Origin: Klebsormidium nitens
Taxonomy: Eukaryota > Plantae > Klebsormidiophyceae
Assembly: GCA_000708835.1 (NCBI GenBank)
Contig: DF237551.1
Span: forward strand, 1 to 52,859
Length of the DNA stretch: 52,859 nucleotides
Reading direction: 5' to 3'
The notes below the pieces were generated by a model. The model was given only the letters and a program-made list of their open reading frames with translations. It was not told where the DNA came from and searched no databases. The number at the start of each line of letters is the position of its first letter. The stretch's first letter is position 1. A program made the position numbers and the translations under genes. Of the stretch, positions 49,001 through 52,859 are shown piece by piece.

Positions 49001-51597
49001 GCCCCCGTGCCCGGTTACATCCAACCAGAGCCCACGTACCAACTCCTACAGACCGTCCCCAAACACCAAGAAGCCTCGCAGGCCCCTCGACCGCTTCACC
49101 ACTCCCACTCCTTCGGGGGGCAGCATCAGCTGCACTCGGCACCCCCTCCAGTCACTCAGCACAGGCAGGAGCAGTTCAACCTGGGGCCAGTGAGCAAGGG
49201 CTGGCAAGAGGGGACAGCCCATCAGGGCGGGAAGGACGACAAGGCGACGGGACCCCAGACGATCATTACCACTGCATACAGCCAGTCGGAGTCCGAGGAG
49301 GTGCAGAGTCGGAGTGGGTCTTCGACGCAGATGCTGCCGCAGGGGTCGCAGGAGACGAGGCAGATGTCGCAGGGGGCGGCTGGGATGGGCCAGACGCAAC
49401 ATCTCCAGACCCCGGGGAGGAGCGGCTCGCCAGCTGTGCCTCCGCCGATGATGCCTCATCCTGAGGTGAGTCTATTGGTTTTAACCTTGCGCACTCTTTC
49501 GAAAGTGCATGGAAATTTCGTTGGAGAAGTGTCAGAGATGACCCTCAGCCGAATTAGTTCCTGGCACCTGCCTTGGCAAAGACTCAGTGCCCATCAGCCT
49601 GTGTAGAGATGACATCGGTAGTTCGTGTAAGCAGCACCTGGGCAACTGTGCTGATCTTCATCTTATACATGCTTTGTCCAAAACACATGCTCTCGTCAAT
49701 GCGTCTGAGCTCAGCGCGGGATGACGCGCATAGTTTTCGGACGCGCATATTTTTCGGGCGTTACGCGGAGCAATTGGGCAGGAACGTAAGTCGGAGCCCC
49801 AGAATGAAATCAACGTGTCAATGTTCCAACTCCAACGAGTTCAAGCAAAATCACGGGCTTGCTCTGTCTTTGCTCAAGCCGTTGACCCCTGTTTCTCAGG
49901 ACCCCACTCGCACTCAGGGGCTTCCGGGTGCCCCTCAGCCGCCACGGCCACCACTCGCTCCCACACCGCCAGGTGTCTTTGCGTTTGTACCCCCCACACC
50001 GCCTTTCCACGGAACGCCCACCACGGTCCTTCCCGCTCTGCCGCGGAGCCTCCAGCAACAAGGTACCCCTTCCATGCTCAGAACGGTGTCTTCCGGGGTT
50101 AGCGCCGCGGGCAGCCTTACCGAGGGCGGGTTGAGTCGGGTTAGCAGCGGACATGCTTCGTCTGGGGCTCCGCAGAACCCTGCTGCGGGTCAGAGAACGG
50201 GGGGGGTTGCGCGGACCGGGTCCGGGTTGAGGATTAACTACGTGCACGACGAGGCGGACGCTTTGGCGGCTGCTGCCGCTGTGGCGATCAACAACGGGTT
50301 AGAGCTTCCCGACTTTGGGTTACGCCAGTTCCAGACGAATGATTTGGAAAGTGGGGAGGGCCTGGCTGAGAGGGGCGGCGCAGATTGGCAGGGGGCTGGG
50401 ACAGAGCTGGAGAAAGTAGAGGGGGATTCTGAGGCGAGGCGAGCGAACCTGCCGGAGGTTAGGCTGGGGCGCACACGCAGCGGGGGAGCGCAGGACGAAG
50501 GAGCGTCAGGCGAGGCTGCCGGGATCTTTTCCCCGCACACGGCGTCGAAGAACGCGGCGAAGCTAGTGGAGACAGGGCACGTGACCAGCACGGCGGCTGG
50601 AGACCTAGGGCGGACAACTGTGGTTTTGGACACGGGGGCCTCGTCAAAGGGTGGGGCGCCGAAGTTACCCAGGTTGAAGTCGCTGCCCAAGTCGGAAACA
50701 GGGCCCGCGCAGCACCAGGGGAACACGGACGCCGTTTCTGCCTTTTTGGGGGCGTTCTCCAAGTCTCACGTCACTGTGGCACCCCCCCTCGCTGGCTCTT
50801 CGCAAGTGCCCCCCCACGCCGAAGCCGACTCTCTTCCCCCCCTGGAACCGCACTTGAGCGGGTACCCCCCATTGCAAGACGCACACACCCAACTGCAACC
50901 CCACTCGTCTCACACTGCAAACCCCTTCTCGAAGGGCGGCCCTGTTCAAGGCAAAAGCAATTTGGGGCCCAGGGCCGTCTCTGTGCAGGCCCCCACAGGG
51001 CCTCTTGCTGACGAAGTGCTCTCATCGCCTTCGGTTGCTGCCGCCCAGGCACTCAGTTTCCTCAATGACGAGCCCGACCCCGATTTCCAGCCCCAGGCGG
51101 TCCTGCCCGATCGGGAGGCTTCACCGGTCGCCGGCGAGCGGGAGCAGACGGAGGAAACGGCGCCCGTGCGAGAACCGAGTCTGCCAACCGGGTCCGAGGT
51201 GTCGGGCTCCGTGCACCCGTCCCCCAACACGCCCCTGACTCCCTGGGAGGGCGCCTCGACGCCCGAAACGGGCGCGCCGGCGGGGGGTGACGTAAGCATG
51301 AGCGGGGAACGGAAGCGAAAGTGGGAGGGGGAGCAACAGGCGGGTCAGGGAGGGGCTCGGGCACCTGGAGACGGGGGTGACGTCAGCGGGCGTCTGGCAG
51401 AAGGGGGTGCCGACGCGGCGCCGGCAACTGCGACAGGCACTGGAGGCAGCGAAGCGCGGCCAGTGGTGCATCATTCGAGGGAGATCAGTCTAGTAGACGG
51501 TTTGTTTCTAGAAGGTGTGGCGGAAGAGTTGAGCGGGCAAAAGGTTAGGAAGGTAGCTTCGGGCCGGGAAGAGAGTGCGGAGGTTGGTGGGCATTGA
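43081..51597 (+). CDS. Large glutamine/glycine/proline-rich, largely disordered protein of unknown function (~1724 aa in my model)
   Basis: Phase-consistent exons 43081-44047, 45166-45476, 45806-45915, 46557-46741, 47234-48042, 48371-49465, 49900-51597, with canonical GT/AG and long GC-rich open frames. Poly-Q tracts and a putative NLS (ERKRK). No family recognised; minor exon boundaries are less certain. Confidence 0.8.
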
Positions 51598-52859
51598 GGT
51601 AAGTTTGGCGCTATCTTGGTCTTGGTGTTGATTTTTCCAGCAGTGAGGTACTGCCATGCAGTAGGTCGGACCTAGAGAAAAACCGCAGATCGTGATGGCG
51701 TTCCATCTTGAAGGTAGATCGGGCAGCCTGCTCAATTTCTCTGACTGATCGTACTTTGTGCCTTAGGTCTCTCGCAGCCACACTCTATGTGCATTGTTGA
51801 ATGCATTCATCAACAAAGTCGTAAGCGTTCAGCGTTGTCTTGTCCTCAGCCTTTTTGCAACGGAATGTTGCTATCAAAGTCAGCCCGCGAACAAAAGATG
51901 CACCCCTTTGGCGGGACGAGGGAGCTTCTCGTGATGTCTTTTGGCAAGGGTGCCCTCCTATTGTCTGACCTGATCTCCTTTCTCGCAGGCGAGGCCCGTG
52001 TGTTAGCACGCCGTTCACTTCCATATGTCCAATCAGAGGATCCAACAAAGCAGGCCGGGTAGCAACAAGCGTTTCCGTGTCGGCCAATCGATTGTTGAGC
52101 TGGCATGCAGCCATCATTTAACATTTAGACTGGAGATCAAGCAGACTGAAACGAGACGGGTTTGCATAAGCGGGGTGTCAAAACTGCTAAGGAGCCCCTA
52201 AGGAGGAGGCATACTCCAATCGGCGGGGTTTTCATAGGTCATTCTGCGACTACTGGCAAAAGTAGTATTCTTTGGTCCGGTTGTAGATCAAGGATAAGGG
52301 CTTTGTGTTTGAGAATAGGTCGAAGCAAGAGAAATGGGGTTGATTTTGAGCTTTCCTTTGTATCATGTAGGACTGCCGCAAGAGTGCCTTTAGTTGCAGG
52401 TAGTAGACATATGTTTGGAGGGCAACCTTGCCTGACGTGTGATTGTTGTGCGTATGGTTGCGCAACAGTTGTAAAATATTGAGACTAATGATATTGAACG
52501 ACCTACTTTCGTAGGTGGTATGGTTCTCCAAAGAAATCAGTAAGTCGGTATGCTGATTCGATAGAGTCTCACTGACGCTCAAAGTACTCCTCCCATAGAG
52601 TCTGTACGCAGCGAGTCCAAAAAGTCAAGGCATGTGTACATTTGATCGACCTTGGCATTCGATTCTTGATCTTTTCACGGTCGCATATATGTGGTGTATG
52701 ATGCACGGTTGGGTACATCATAGGGCGTAAGGATTATTGCAGTGTCATGTTTGTTGGCTTGAAGCTTTATTGATTTGTTGACTTCGCCAGATGTTATGTA
52801 TGGAATCAACACGCCCGAATGAGTGGCTTTTTCTACACAAGCCGGGAAATGACGATTGA

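Noticed and set aside
49573-49899. N-terminal 109 codons of the 674-aa ORF
   Set aside because: Intron read-through upstream of the TTTCTCAG acceptor at 49899; composition differs from the coding part.

Overview
Eukaryotic, intron-rich (GT-AG) genomic DNA, most consistent with a streptophyte green alga such as Klebsormidium (inferred from plant-type protein sequences and gene structure). Six spliced protein-coding genes were reconstructed by hand with phase-consistent exons: biotin synthase BIO2 (-, 8 exons), a nitronate monooxygenase-family flavoprotein (+, 6 exons), an Mpv17/PMP22 membrane protein (-, 2 exons), a small Costars/ABRACL protein (-, 2 exons), a 30-exon plant-type PDS5 cohesin cofactor with a Tudor domain (+), and a ~1700-aa Q-rich disordered protein with no domain I recognise (+, 7 exons). 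The most unusual signal is a recurring architecture. At least six PDS5 acceptor junctions, one PDS5 donor junction and one BIO2 acceptor are flanked by tandem, decaying copies of the splice site plus the adjacent exon end (units mostly 123-177 bp, up to ~8 copies), generally most similar next to the functional exon. A second unusual zone (40.3-42.6 kb) holds nested TA-target MITEs with CCG...CGG termini, embedded in about 30 TACCGTA/TACGGTA/TACCTA/TAGGTA motifs, which are the footprints such elements would be expected to leave on excision. There is also a hAT-like MITE at the window start, a possible Costars/Mpv17 bicistronic arrangement, and two assembly gaps.
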